A stretch of 59,634 nt of DNA from contig NC_057728.1 in the NCBI RefSeq assembly GCF_004010195.1, positions 46,652,645 through 46,712,278 of the forward strand, given 5' to 3'. Shown one piece after another: positions 23,396 through 36,074 of this stretch (position 1 is the stretch's first letter; the number at the start of each line of letters is the position of its first letter). The position numbers were made by a program, and so were the translations under genes. The notes beneath the pieces were generated by a model. The model did not search any database. It was not told the origin of the DNA and worked only from the letters and a program-made list of their open reading frames with translations. The DNA comes from Chiloscyllium plagiosum. Taxonomy: Eukaryota.

Positions 23396-26300
23396 AGAAA
23401 AATAGTTGGAATCAGAGTCTGAAGCATTTTGAGCTTTTGATAACCAATCAGTAGGGCTTCACTTTTGCTGACCAGAAACTGTGGGATGTCCTACTCATCT
23501 AGAACTTAGCAATGGGCAAGGTGTCTAACCTTTTCCCAAAATCAATGGAAGAGATGGAGAGTTACAGATTGATATCTTGTCAGCATACACATAAAGCTGA
23601 CCCTATGTTTACAAGTTTATTTCACTGAAAGGTAATGTACAATCAATGAACATTCATGAACATTCGAGACCAAAGGATGAAGTACTGGTGGTCATGTCGA
23701 TTAGGCAAGAGAATCGTTTTGGAGGCCATAATGGTTGTATTGGTACTAAGAGTAGAGGTTTGGAATGACATGTGTAATAGCCAACATTGTTCACATTCAA
23801 CCAAAATAATTTTTCAGGTTGAAAGCTGTCTTGAGTGTAAATGAAGCCTTTACAGGGGAATAGGTTAATGTAATGTCACTATAATTAGCCAGTATTTAAG
23901 TAAACATGAATCATTTTTTGCTGAGTACAGGGCACATTAATTGTCAGATGGTTGCATCATTTAAACTCATCAATCTTGTTATAAATGGGAATTGAAGAAC
24001 TCAATCATCTCAAGATATTTAATTTGGGATATGTACAGAAACGCTATGGGCCTTAATAAAGGTCAATGATTCACATTTTAATTTAACACCTGGACAATTT
24101 CAATATCAAATCATGTGCAGACACCATGCATAAAGCTTAACATATGCAGTTATAATGATAAATACAATCTGTTTAGTTAAAAAAAATCAACTGCTTCGAA
24201 TTATCCAATTAAGGAAGACATATTGAATAAAATGCAATCTCAATGGCAAGATTGTGATGAGAAAAACTTTTTTGTGCATATGGAAATAATGAAATGCTCA
24301 GTTTGTAACTCAATAACATACTGATTCAGCTTTCACAAATAAACCAAAGTATTTCCAATATCAGTGTTACACATTACCTTCAGACTGATTAACTTAAAAC
24401 CACTAATGTACACTTGATTTATGCTTAGTATTAGTAAAAACAACTTCATGTTCATGGACAAAAATAATGCTATTTGATTGATTGCTTCTACCTCAGGCAG
24501 TTACATAGATGTCTGCTCTACTGAACTGAAGTGATGGCACAGTTTATTTACTAATCTCTTTAATGGTGAACTCCTTTTTTGTGCAGCTGTGAGGCGATGC
24601 GGCAAGAGTTCTCTATCCAGGACCAAAATAATTTTCAGCTGTTTAGGAAGGCAACATAATCTTTGCTGGTACACCATTGGGTAATCTCGAGGAGATTGTC
24701 AAATTTATGTCACAAGTTATCTCCATTTCATTACCAATTAAATAGCGCAACAGAGGATAAAGCATGACCTTGCAAGATGACAAGATTAAAGCATTGTTAG
24801 ATACCTTTCCCCCAGGTGTTTCTCTAAATTATTTGGCTTTGCTTCAATCGTACATTTTGATTTGTTTTTTTCTCAGAAGATCGTGCTTCATATTCATTCA
24901 ACTTATAAAAAACCATCCATGTTCCCCCTGTTAAGAGCTGAGTTAAATTTTAAATTGTGCCAAAATTGTCAAGGGGAACATTTCTGACACAGCCAAAAAA
25001 AACCTTCCCTGTTTGATTTTGTAAAATTTGAAAGTTACTAGCTTGAAAACAGAAAGCTATTGTGATCTTTAACCTACTCATTTTCAGTCCGTACTGTATT
25101 AAACTTGATAATGGCATGTTACTCTACAGTTGATACTATACAGCAAATTTATCAACAGGACCATGCAGAAATGAAGCTGGTCCAATATCATTTTTGGATG
25201 CATTTGGGAAAACACTTGTACGTTAAAGGCATCACAGAGAAAATTAAATAGTTGTTGATGTAAAATGTATTAAACATTTTCAAGACTTGCTGTAAATGTA
25301 TCATTGAATTTATTCAGAAAACCATCATTACAGCGTAATTATCCCTGCTGGCTTGTCAATTTTATTTAATACAAATATCACGATCAAAACGTAATTAATA
25401 ATACTGTGTTAAGTTGGTATGATATTGCGAGAAGAATTTCTTTCAAGGATTAAATTGCTTGGCACTGCACAGCAGGTTAAATCATTTTGTTATGTCACAG
25501 AAGTTGGAATAGGAAATATGCATTCATTTTTAGGTTACAATTCACACAGCATGAAAATAGTTCCTCAAAGCTTTCACGGCTGTTTAATTAAAAAGGCCAT
25601 TGGACATATCGATTCTTGTATGTCAATCTGTCCCACAATGGCATCAAATACTGTTTGAACACTTCCAGTGTTAAATTTCTAACCAGTTGATCTAACTAGT
25701 TACTAACATCTGACAAATAACTATGAATATTATTCCTTTTTTTCAAATTGTACCACCCGGCTTGGCATCATCTGCATTTTTAGTGCGTCACTACTGTGGT
25801 GAATATGAGCCAAATTGTAATTGTTGTGGTGGCTCACTTCCTTGTCATTGAATGCTGCTGAGTTAGAGGCTGATATTTTTGGAATAACCCAGTGTATGCT
25901 TTATCTTGTAATTGCTGAGCTGATTTGTTTTGCCTCTCTTCAGCGTATTTAAAATAAATAAAACATTAACCTATCATTTGCTTCATTGCTTTTCTTCAGT
26001 CTTTGCACTTTAAAGCCCTTTCAGAGATATAATTTGAAACCTCATACACAATAGCAGAGTCACAAGTCATCATAGTTCAACTGAAGGGTTCAGAAAAATG
26101 AATTATATCAATGGAGTGAAAAGGTCAAGAGAGGGTAGATTTGTTTTGTCTTTAATGGCGGTAAGCTGATATTCTGGGTAGTCAGCACTTCTGAATCAGT
26201 TGTTCCTTGTTAAATGACTTACTTGTTACATGCCAAGAGCAGTATTCCTGATTTGTTTGAAGGCAGAGAAAGGAAAGGCAAAAAGAAAAACAAAAATGAG

Positions 26301-26953
26301 TCATGAAGCATTCGCGTATAAAATAGACTGATTCCCAATTAACATTGCTGAAGCATGAAATGCCCATATTTCTCTATCACATCTGTGTCTTGTGAAGAAT
26401 CACATCAATATGAAGCTGTTAGCCTACTTGAGTTATATTCCTTTACTCGCTACATTCACTGGAGACTTCATTCCCTTTTTCTTCACCATTTCTCCTCTAT
26501 TTGTGACGAATTACAAACTGACTTCTAAACCTTGGAGAGCTGCTTACAAAATCAGAATTAAAATTAGTAAACCTAGATATCAATCTTGGTCTGGTGTCTC
26601 ACATCCCTATCATAGTTTGCCATGGGTTAGAAATAAGCTTGCTACCTTACTGCCAGCTAAAAAGGTGGGATATTAGAGAGTGTTTTTCACTATTTTCGAG
26701 AAAATGTACGAATGTTAAAACATACAATGTTGTTTGTATCAAGCACAAAGCTTGTTATGCTCTAACATTCCTCTGCTTGAAGAAATATCTCCTAAATTCT
26801 TATTTTTACTCTTAATAATAATTTAAAACGGACAATTCTGTCATTAGGAGAACTTTTAACCCGAACTAATATGTGGATTGTAGCAGATGGCGTATAAAAT
26901 TATGTATGGAGTGTAAAACCCACAAAACCATTGGTAATGTCCCTGGCTCGAGC

Positions 26954-27100
26954 TTTAACAGATCAGTTTAGTGGAGTATGTCAGTTAGCTCACTGAGCTG
27001 GAAGATTTGTAGCTCAGGTTGATGATAAGTATGCAAGTTAGCTCACTTAGCTGCAAGTTTAGTGTAGTTTCTAGTTTTAACAGGTCAGTTTAGTGTAGTA
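26954..27100. mobile_element. Tiny Penelope pLTR remnant between ~25-bp direct repeats
   Basis: gaagatttgtagctcagg matches 10372-10389. Flanked by tttaacagatcagtttagtggagta and tttaacaggtcagtttagtgtagta. Confidence 0.55.
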
Positions 27101-28116
27101 GGAAATCAGTCAACTTGCAGATTATTGAAACTTGTTGAGAAGATTTCATCCTTCATTTTTAACAATTTTAGTTTTTAATTAATTCTCGTTGGGTTTCACA
27201 GGACTAGACAAAACTGGTGCAAAACTCAAATCAATAGAATGAATGTATTTACAGCACTGCTTTTGGCCCAGAGAAGCAGAAGCACTTCCTCACGGTCCAA
27301 GAAGAAAATCCATTTTGACAGGCCCAAGCACCCGCCACTTCTCCCTAATCTCCGCCCCATCTCCCACTACTGCCTGATCTGCACTACTTCCTCATTGTTA
27401 CAAATCGAAAACATTGCATGATTTAAAAAGAATTCTGTTTGTTATCCTCTTTCGTTCAAATAAAAACATTCCCACCATCTAATCTTTCCTCATAACTGGA
27501 TTTTTGTTTATTCCAAGGATCTTTCCATTGAATCCATGCTGTCCGCCCAATGTTTTCATGACTTTTCTAAAGGGATGTCTGAAATTGTGTGCAATATTAT
27601 ACTGCACCCTAACCAAATCTTCTGTGGAAAGTTACATTGCTTCATTATTATTGTATTCTATGCAGCATTCATAAATCAAAAATAGCATTGGACCTGTTCT
27701 CATGGTCTTATCTATAAGCACTCATTCTTTCGGGATGTTTCTTTTTGACTATTAGGTGGTTCGATTGATTGACTTTATTACTGCGTCATTGCTGGCCTAT
27801 GCTGTTGAAAGATAGTCAGAGAAAACCCTAACAATATGCCATAATGATAAACTGTATGTTTGTTACTGAAGCTTTTCGCTATATATCAGTTATATTCAAT
27901 TTAATGCAAATATATGGGCAAAAGGCTCTCTATGGTGACATGGTTTTCTATTTAGGCTGTAAGTCTACAAAGAAGAGGCAGGTTAAGAGAGGGGAACTTG
28001 GTTGTGCAAGTGACAAGAGACAGAATTTCATGTTGACTTATGACAGTCCCAATCTGATTGGGAGATGTACTTCTGCCAAGTACGTTCTCGGTACAGAGGT
28101 ATAACCTATTTTACTG

Positions 28117-28325
28117 AGTTAAAAATCTCACAACACCAGCTTCTTGTCCAACAGGTTTAATTGGAAGCACACTAGCTTTCAGAGCGTTGCTCTTTCATCA
28201 GGTGGTTGTGGAGAAGCGGCACTCTGAAAGCTAGTGTGCTTCCAATTAAACCTGTTGGACAAGAACCTGGTGTTGTGAGATTTTTAACTTTGTACACCCC
28301 AGTCCAACGCCGGCATCTCCAAATC
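28117..28325. mobile_element. Fold-back (inverted pLTR) Penelope-derived mini element with TSD
   Basis: Arms 28117-~28186 and ~28222-28289 are reverse complements. TSD ataacctattttactgag (28101-28118) / ataactattttactgag (28326-28342). Confidence 0.88.
28170..28204 (-). ncRNA. Minimal hammerhead ribozyme motif
   Basis: Minus strand CTGATGA-A-AGAGC-AAC-GCTCT-GAAAG-CTA: perfect 5-bp stem II and palindromic AGCT loop. Confidence 0.7.
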
Positions 28326-28783
28326 ATAACTATTTTACTGAGGTAGGGGAGATGAGAATACAATGCTTATGATTTAACAAGTGTTTTATTACCACCATCT
28401 TGGAGATCACCCACCTCAACATACTATGCTAAGTTACTACTTTTGCATTAGGGAGGTAATCTTTTCTTTATCAGTTCCCACACTATCCAATTCTCTTCTC
28501 ACAATGTACACAAATAATTCTGTGTTTTGTTGAAATTAATTGGAAGACTTATGAAAATCTGTATGGGTTTGCTCCTCTGAGAATCATTACAGAAAAAAAA
28601 GGTCCTTTGGCCCATCTTATCTGTAGCAGTCAAACCCAAGGACCTAACTATGACAATTTCATTTTCAGCATTTGACCCATGGCCTTGTATGCACTGACAT
28701 TACAAGTATGCATCTAAGTACATCTCAAATGTTATAAGGGCTTCTGCCTCCACTACCCTTACAAGCTATCAATTCTAGGTTCC

Positions 28784-30662
28784 ATAAGACCGTAACACAT
28801 GGGAGTAGGAATTAAGCCATTCAGCCTATCAAGTCTGCTCTGCCATTCAATCATGGCTGATAGGTTTCTCATCACCATTCTCCTGTTTTCTCCCTGTGAC
28901 CCTTGATCCCCTTGGCACTCAATAATCAATCTACAGAGGAACCTCGATTATCTGAATGATACGGGCAGGGAGTCGTTTGTCAGGTAATCGAATGTTCGGG
29001 TTATCGAATGCCGGATATCACAGTTTTGCCAAGCATCAGGGCCTTGCAATCTTGCCAGATAATCTGAAATTCGGATGATTGAGGTTACCCTGTAACTCGG
29101 TCTTAAACATACTCACTGACCTGGCCTCCACAGCCTTCTGTGGCAATGAATTCTATAGATACACCACCCTCTGGCTGAAGAGGTTTCTCCTTATCTCTGT
29201 TCAGAAAGGTCTTTCCTTTACTCTAAAGCAATGCCCTTGGGTCTTCATCTCTCCTACCAATGGAAACATCTACTCTGTCCAGGCCATTCACTATTCTGTA
29301 TGTTTCAATTATAACCCCCACCCCCATCCTTCTACATTCCATCGTGTATAAACCCAGAGTCCTCAAATGTTCCTCAAATGTTCCTCAAATGTTAAATTTT
29401 CCATTCCTGAAACCATTCTCATGAACCTCCTTTGAAGATGCTCCAGGGCCAGTACATCTTTCCTGAGGTATGGGGCCTAAAACTGTGCACAATAATCCAA
29501 ATGTGGTCTGACCAGAGCTGAAGTATATTCCTGCTTTTACATTCAGGTCCTTTCAAAATAAGTGCCATTGTTGCATTTGCCTTCTCAACCCTGGACTAGA
29601 ACTCTCAAGTCTCTTTGCACTTCAGACTTCTGAATTTTCTCCCCCTTTAGAAAATAGCTCATGCCTCTATTCTTCCTGTGCAAGACCTCACACTTTCCCA
29701 CACTGTACTCCACCTGCCACTTCTTTGCCCACACTCTTAACATATCCAAATCCTTCTGCAGTCTTCCTGCCTCCTCAATGCTAGCTGTCCCTTTATCTAT
29801 CTTTGTATCTCCTGCAACTTAGCCAGAATGCCCTCAGTTCCTTCATCTAGATAATTAATTTTCAAGTGGAAAGTTGTGGTCCCAACACTGAAACATATGG
29901 AACACCACTTGTCACAGGGTGCCATCCTGAGAAAGACCCTTTTATCCCCACTCTTTGCTTTCTGCCAGGCAGCCAAGCTTCTATTCATGCTAACACCTTG
30001 CCTCTGATACCATGAGCCCTTATCTTACTCAATAGCCTCCTGTGCAGCACCTGTCAAAGGCCTTCTTGAAGTCCAGGTAGATAACATCCTTTGGCTCTCC
30101 CTGGTCTAACCTGCTCATTACTTCTTCAAAGAATTCTAGCAGATTTGTCAGGCATGAGTTCCCCTTGATGAAACCATGCTGACTTTGCCCTATTTTACCA
30201 AAGCATTCAGAAATCTTATTCTTCACAATGGATTCCAGGATCTTACCCACGACTAAGGTTAGGCTAATCCATCATTTGCTTTGTTCCTTTTTTAAAGAGG
30301 AGTGTTACATTAGTGATTTTGCAGTCCTCTGGGACCCTCTAGCAATTCCAGAAAGATCACCAAAATCACCTCCACTATGTCTTCAGCTATCTCTCTTAGA
30401 ACTCTGGAGCGTAGTCCATCTGGTCCACCTTCAGGCTATTCAGTTTATCTAGCACCTTCTTCTTGGTGATGGCCGCCATACTCACTTCTGCCCGCTCACT
30501 CTCTTGAATTTTTGGGAAATTACTCACGTCTTCCACTGTGAAGACTGATATAAAGTAATTATTCAGTTCTTCAGCCATTTCCTTGTTCCCCATTACTAGC
30601 TCTCCAGCATCATTTTCCAGCAGCCCAATGTTTACTTTTGCCCCTCTTTTGCCTTTTATATA
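28784..30662 (-). mobile_element. CR1 LINE 3' part with RT, internally deleted
   Basis: ORFs 30029-30250(-) GKILESIVK...SQHGFIKGNSCLTNLLEFFEEV...DVIYLDFKKAFD and 30396-30593(-) EMAEELNNYFISVFT. Confidence 0.93.
28934..29092. mobile_element. Tigger/pogo-like (Tc1-mariner) MITE, 159 bp
   Basis: TIRs cagaggaacctcgattatctgaat / attcggatgattgaggttaccctg flanked by TA on both sides. The host CR1 sequence rejoins when it is removed. Confidence 0.88.
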
Positions 30663-31429
30663 TTTCTTGCCCCAGTTCAGGTGAAAAGACTTTTCCCCAC
30701 ACCTCCTCTAAACCTCCTCTCCTTTACCTTAAATCTATTTCCCCAGTCATTGATTTGATCACTAAGAGATTGATTTCCTCATAATTTCATTACATCTCAA
30801 TCACACCCTCCTCAGTAGCCTCTGCTTTGTGATAAACAACTCTCGTCTGTCTAATCTCCATTCATAACTGAAACTCTCCAGCCCAGGCAACATCCGGATA
30901 AATCTCCTCTGCACCCTCTGCAGTGCAATCACATCCCTCCTATAATGTTAATTCCAGAACGGTACACAGTACTTCAGGTGTGGCCTAACCAACACTTTTC
31001 CTAGTTCTAGCATAATCTCCTTGCTCTTAAATTCTTCACCTCAGCTAATCGTGACAAGTATTCCACATGCCTTCTTGACCACTTTATTGATTTGTACTGC
31101 TACTTTAAAGGACCAGTGGGACATACACACTAAAGTTTCTCTGATCTTCAGTACTCCCCAAGGTCTTATTGTTCATCAAGTATTCCCTTGACTTGTTTAT
31201 TCTGCCTAAGTGCACTACCTAACATTTATCCAAATGAATTCTATTTGCCACTGATCAGTCCATCTGACTGGCCCATCTATTTACTTCTGCAATCTAAGAT
31301 TATCCTCCTCACTATATACCAACCTAACAATTTCCATATAATCAGCATACTTACTGATCAACCCTTCGACATTCAATGCTAAATCATATATGCCAGAAAC
31401 AGGAAAGGTCCCAACACTGACCCCTGTGA

Positions 31430-32562
31430 GTCAAGGTGCCACACTGGAGGCTATTAAATAAGACAAAAGTCTGCAGAAAGACTTGGTCTTAAGGACAAGG
31501 TAATGGATAGATGATTGACTGACTGAAGACAGTGAGTGGAGGTAAAGAGGTTTTTTTTTCAGGATAGCAGCCAGTGACTAGTGGAGTTCCACAGGGGTCA
31601 GTGATGGGACCACAACTATTCACATGATGTAGTTACAATCTGGATGAAGGAATGAAGGATATTGTTGCTAAATTTGCAGATGACACCAAGATAGGCGGAG
31701 GAAGAGTTAGTGTTGAGGAAAGTGGGAAGGCTGCAGAAAGACTTGGACAAGCTAGGAAAGTGGGCAAAGAAGTGGCAGATGGAATATAACGTGAGAAAGT
31801 GTGAGGTTATGCATTTTGGTAGGAAGAATAGAGGCACTGATTATTTTCTAAATGGGGCAAGAAATCTGAAGCACAAGGAGACTTAAGAGTCTTAGTTCAG
31901 GATTCTCTTAAAGTTGACAGTTGACAGTTAAGAAGGCAAATGCAATATTAGGATTTGTTTCAAAACGGTTAGAATACAAGGGCAGAGATGTACTAAGGCT
32001 AAGGCAGCACAAGGCTCTGGTCAGACTGCATTTGAAATATTGTGAGCAGCTTTGGGCCCCATATCTAAGGAAGGATGTGCTGGAGAGGGTCCACAGGAGG
32101 TTTATAAGAATGATCTCAGGGATGAAGGACTTGTCATATGAGGAGTGGTTGAGGACTCTGGGTCTAGACTCCAGAGAGTTCAGAAGGATAAGGAATGATC
32201 CCATTGAAATGTACAGAATACTGACAGGCCTGGATAGATTGGATGTGAAGAAGATGTTTCCATTAGCGGAAGAGTCTCGGACCCAAGGGCATTGCCTCAG
32301 AGTGAAGGGACAACTGATCAGAACTGAGATAACGAGGAATTTATTCAGTCGGGGGTGGTCAATGTTTCGAACACATTTCCACAGACGGCTGTGGAAGCCA
32401 AATCGTTGAGTGTACTTAAGACAGAGACAGCTCAGGTCTTGATTAGAAAGGGGTTAAGGGTTAAGGGAGAGGGCTGGAGAATGATGTTGAGAAACATATC
32501 AGCAAACTTGATGTGCCGAAATACCTAATTCTGCTTTTGTACTTTACGGTCTAATGGTTTTA
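31430..32562 (+). mobile_element. CR1 LINE 3' part (RT C-terminus)
   Basis: GVPQGSVMGP, AKFADDTKIG, and ORF 31921-32409 VKKANAILGF...KALVRLHLKYCEQLWAPYLRKD...SYEEWLRTLGL. Confidence 0.93.
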
Positions 32563-33073
32563 TGGGACCTCACTGGACCTAGACTTCCAGTCACGAAAAC
32601 ACTGTCTTGTTCAGGAGTTAGTAATTGTTCTTTGGTACTGGTCAGATTGAGTCAAATTGGTGTTTTTGTTCTTTGTTTCTCCTGTGATTGTTAAGGTTAA
32701 CACTAACACTCAGATATGACACCCAGATATCTAACATCTTATCATACACAATGATATATCGGAGAATGTTAGTATCCTCTCTCTAAATGGAATGAATATG
32801 GAGTTCTTTTGATGAGTCAAACAACCTGGAAAAGTTATGGAGTCAATTACCATCATTGTTGTTTCCTGGAGCAAACATTCATACTATAGGAGAATGTCAA
32901 CTGGAAATTCAATTATTAGCTCCTCACAATGGAGATATCCGCTAGCAGTGCCTATCCTTGATATGACCTTTCAATGTATTAAACACGTTTCTTGGAACAT
33001 TGAAATTCAAAACAGAATGGAAAACTGTTTTTTTGCCTTTATTTAAGTACATCCTGTGAAACTGGGTAGGACA

Positions 33074-33655
33074 GACTTCCAATCAAGGTGACATCGGAGC
33101 TTCTATTTCTCTTTTCCTCCCCTTTTTTTTCTCTTTTCCCCACTTTGGTCTCTCGCCGGCTGTCAGCCTGATCTCACGCCTGCTCATGGTGGGTCCCGAC
33201 CTGGTCTCTCAGCGATATGTTTGCTGGTGACTCAGCTCAGCACGTGAGTGAATCCTGCCTGAGCATGTTCTTGAGGCACTTGGGGAGATGAGAGGGGCAG
33301 CAGCAATGATATCTGTGTCGGCACCATCGAGAACAGACAGCAGAGTGAGATAAGCGGAGCACTCAACAAAGACTGTGGAACTTTTAACCTATTTCTTTAT
33401 TTTCCTAATTTAAACAAAGAAAGACATTAATGTAAACTTTTATCTATTTCTTTTTTTTAATGACTATTCTGGAAGTAATGCTTAACTTTTTAACTCTCAT
33501 TTCTCTTACTACCTTGTACATAAGCTTTTGTTGTACCTAGGTACCTTGATACCAAAGATGGCAAGATGTGTGGTGACATTATACACCTTTCACTGTACTC
33601 CTGTGCTTCGGTACTTGAGTAAACATGACAATAAAGTCTAAAAATCTAAGATCTA
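33074..33655 (+). mobile_element. Longest copy of an unclassified non-coding retro-repeat with a Rex1/Babar-like tail
   Basis: GC-richer body, T-rich linker, and tail cacctttcactgtactc...catgacaataaagtctaa..tctaa. Homologous copies at 4185-4390(-) and 6540-7010(+). Confidence 0.65.
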
Positions 33656-34794
33656 AAGTTTAAATCCATACCTCTAATTTACATATAAACATGTGATCTA
33701 AGTTATCAAAGTTTTGTTAGCAAAAGATCAGGTCTAATGGAATGTAGTTTGCACATCCCCATGTTACAACAGAAAAAATTCCCTGACATTTGGATAATTA
33801 CAGAAATAGAAAACTCTGCTGTTAACTCTTAGCTTCCATCAAAAGACAATAATGGAGGAATGCATTCAATTAACATTTAGAATTGAGTCCTCAAGCAGGT
33901 CCTTACTTACGTGGAACTTGGTAACAATATAATGAGCAGCCCTTCTGTGTTCTACTTCTGTGTTCTGAGATGATCTATTAATAAATGTATCCTTCCTAAT
34001 ATGGAATTAAAAATATAAAGTTGATCCAGGTGAAGAAAGGTGTTTGTCTTGGAGCTGTGCAATTGCGAACACAAAGCCCATAAAACCGCATTGCACCTGG
34101 ACATATCATTTGTGGAACTCTCACAGTTAAGTAACCAAATGACATAAATATCAATCATCACAATAAAGCTGGCCAAATACAGCAAAAGCCATTGTGTTCT
34201 GCTGGTTGCAAAAGTGGTCTGCATGTTGTCATGCCTTTAGTCCAGACTTTGTGTTTGTCTTTTATTTCCTGAACATCACTCTATTACTTTGCACAGATTT
34301 GGATCTTCAGTTATCAGTATGCATGATCTACCAATATTATCTGTATAAAATTAAGCGTAACCTAATATTTTGATGATATTTATGCAGCATTGTGAAACAA
34401 GATTATAATCAACATGGTATAAGTGTCAGTAGTAATAAATATTTTATTAGTATCATTGTCTTTAAGTTAAAGTGGACCAAGATAGTTGAATTGGGGAGGC
34501 AGGGGAGTAGCTGGTGCTAATTTGAGACAAACAGATAATTGTGGTGGGAAATTCTCTGTGAAGGAAAGATAAATTATCAAGTAGCAATTATGTTAGAATC
34601 TGAGAATCTACAACACATTTGATCTGAAAATAGATATGATACCAATAGGATATGTGAAGTGCTGGAAGTTTCATTAAACTGTCTTTGGATTTAATATTAA
34701 TCTGAAGGCATCTCCCAAGTGAGGGGGTGGAAATGTGTGGCTGGAAACTGACATTAAATCATTGGGTTAGAATCTGTGAACACAAATGAAAAAT

Positions 34795-34922
34795 GAAGTC
34801 ACCTGATGAAGGAGCATCCTTCTGAAAGCTTGCAATTTCAAATAAACCTGTTGGACTATAACATGATGTCATGTGACTCCTGACTTTGCCCACCCCAGTC
34901 CAACACTGGCATCTCCACTTCA
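34795..34922 (+). mobile_element. Penelope pLTR fragment with a degenerate hammerhead (34803-34831)
   Basis: cCTGATGAaggagcatccttctGAAAgctt...aaataaacctgttggactataac...ccccagtccaacactggcatctcc. Confidence 0.8.
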
Positions 34923-35025
34923 GTGCTTCCAATTTACACAGCATGATCCAGGTTCTATTTAAAGGGATGACACACAAATAGAAGCTCAAACAGCCAAAGA
35001 GATGTTTATGTTGAGTGCATGTAGG

Positions 35026-35560
35026 GCAAGATCAGCATCCAGATTCAATAATGCATCATTGGCATTACTGCTGGGAACAGTCGGGAACAAAAGCAATATA
35101 TCTTTCTCCAACAAGAAAACTTCAGTTATCAACAACAAGATGTGCTAACCTGGTGAGATCCCTATCATGGATACAGGGCAGGAAACGGTTCAATTACCTG
35201 AACAAGTCAGGAATGGGAAGTATAGTTGCTGACTCACTTACAACCTCTGGTTTAAGCTCCACTTTGTCTTAAGTGTTGTCACAATGCAATCCAACTTTCT
35301 TCAGAACTTCACGTTCTATACAATGCATCACCTCCTCACTTCTTCATCCACTGTTTCCACTCACCCCAATCTGAATGGAATGTGATGTATCAGTATTGTT
35401 GACACTTCCATTGAGTGTACTGCACCTATCAGTATGCCTCACCTTCATCCATTTGCAAATCTGTTCCATGGCCCTTCTAGAAGAATAGAAAGGAGAATGC
35501 ATGAGAAAACTTAAGATGGAGACCATAATAATCCAGCTAACGTATACAGACCTGAGTCGC
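35026..35560 (+). pseudogene. Decayed Myb/SANT-like (Myb_DNA-bind_5, NAIF1-type) gene of a PIF/Harbinger transposon, two exon remnants
   Basis: ARSASRFNNASLALLLGTV...(frameshift)...SWIQGRKRFNYLNKSG, then an intron and ctag|KNRKENA*E. Parallels the remembered pattern PRFSDxxLExLL...TWxQCRKxFNDL...EKxAHNxRE. Confidence 0.6.
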
Positions 35561-36074
35561 TATCCATCAGAAATGGAGAGACAGGAAACTTGCAATGGTT
35601 GGTGACAAAATTACAATATCTCTGACATACATGTTCTGGCATTGTGTCATTAACAATTGCATTATGAGAAGACTGATTTGGTGGTTTTCAAGATTGTAAC
35701 TTTGTTGTCCAGGGTTTTATATGTAAACAATAGGTTTTTAGGGGAGATGCTGATATAGTGGGAATGTCACTGTTCCAAGGGACCTTCAGAAGCTGAGCTA
35801 ACATTCTGGTGCTGTGGGCTTAAATGCAATCATGAAAGCTGATAAAATTTACACTCAATTAATAAAATCTGGAACAGAAAGGCTCCCCACAGTGATGACC
35901 ATATTGCTGTAAAACAGTAGCATGTTCTATGTTCTATGTCAACATATTTCTGTGTGCATACATTTAGTGTCCACTTAAAAGTAGTTTGCACCTCTTAATG
36001 GTGGCTGCAGATGGGAGTGATCTTGTTTTGAATGTTGTGTTTTGGAAGTATCATGAATTGTTAAATATGGGCGA

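Larger units (their letters stand above)
28583..31430 (-). mobile_element. Older CR1 (28583-28783 and 30665-31430, resuming ~32563-32605) hosting nested younger CR1 copies
   Basis: The minus-strand CR1 tail stops at ...ctaggttcc and collinear CR1 sequence resumes at ~30665. It breaks again at gacccctgtg (31428) and resumes gggacctcactg (32563). Confidence 0.75.

Noticed and set aside
31921..32409. 162-aa ORF
   Set aside because: CR1 RT C-terminal fragment without an intact upstream frame. Not a host gene.
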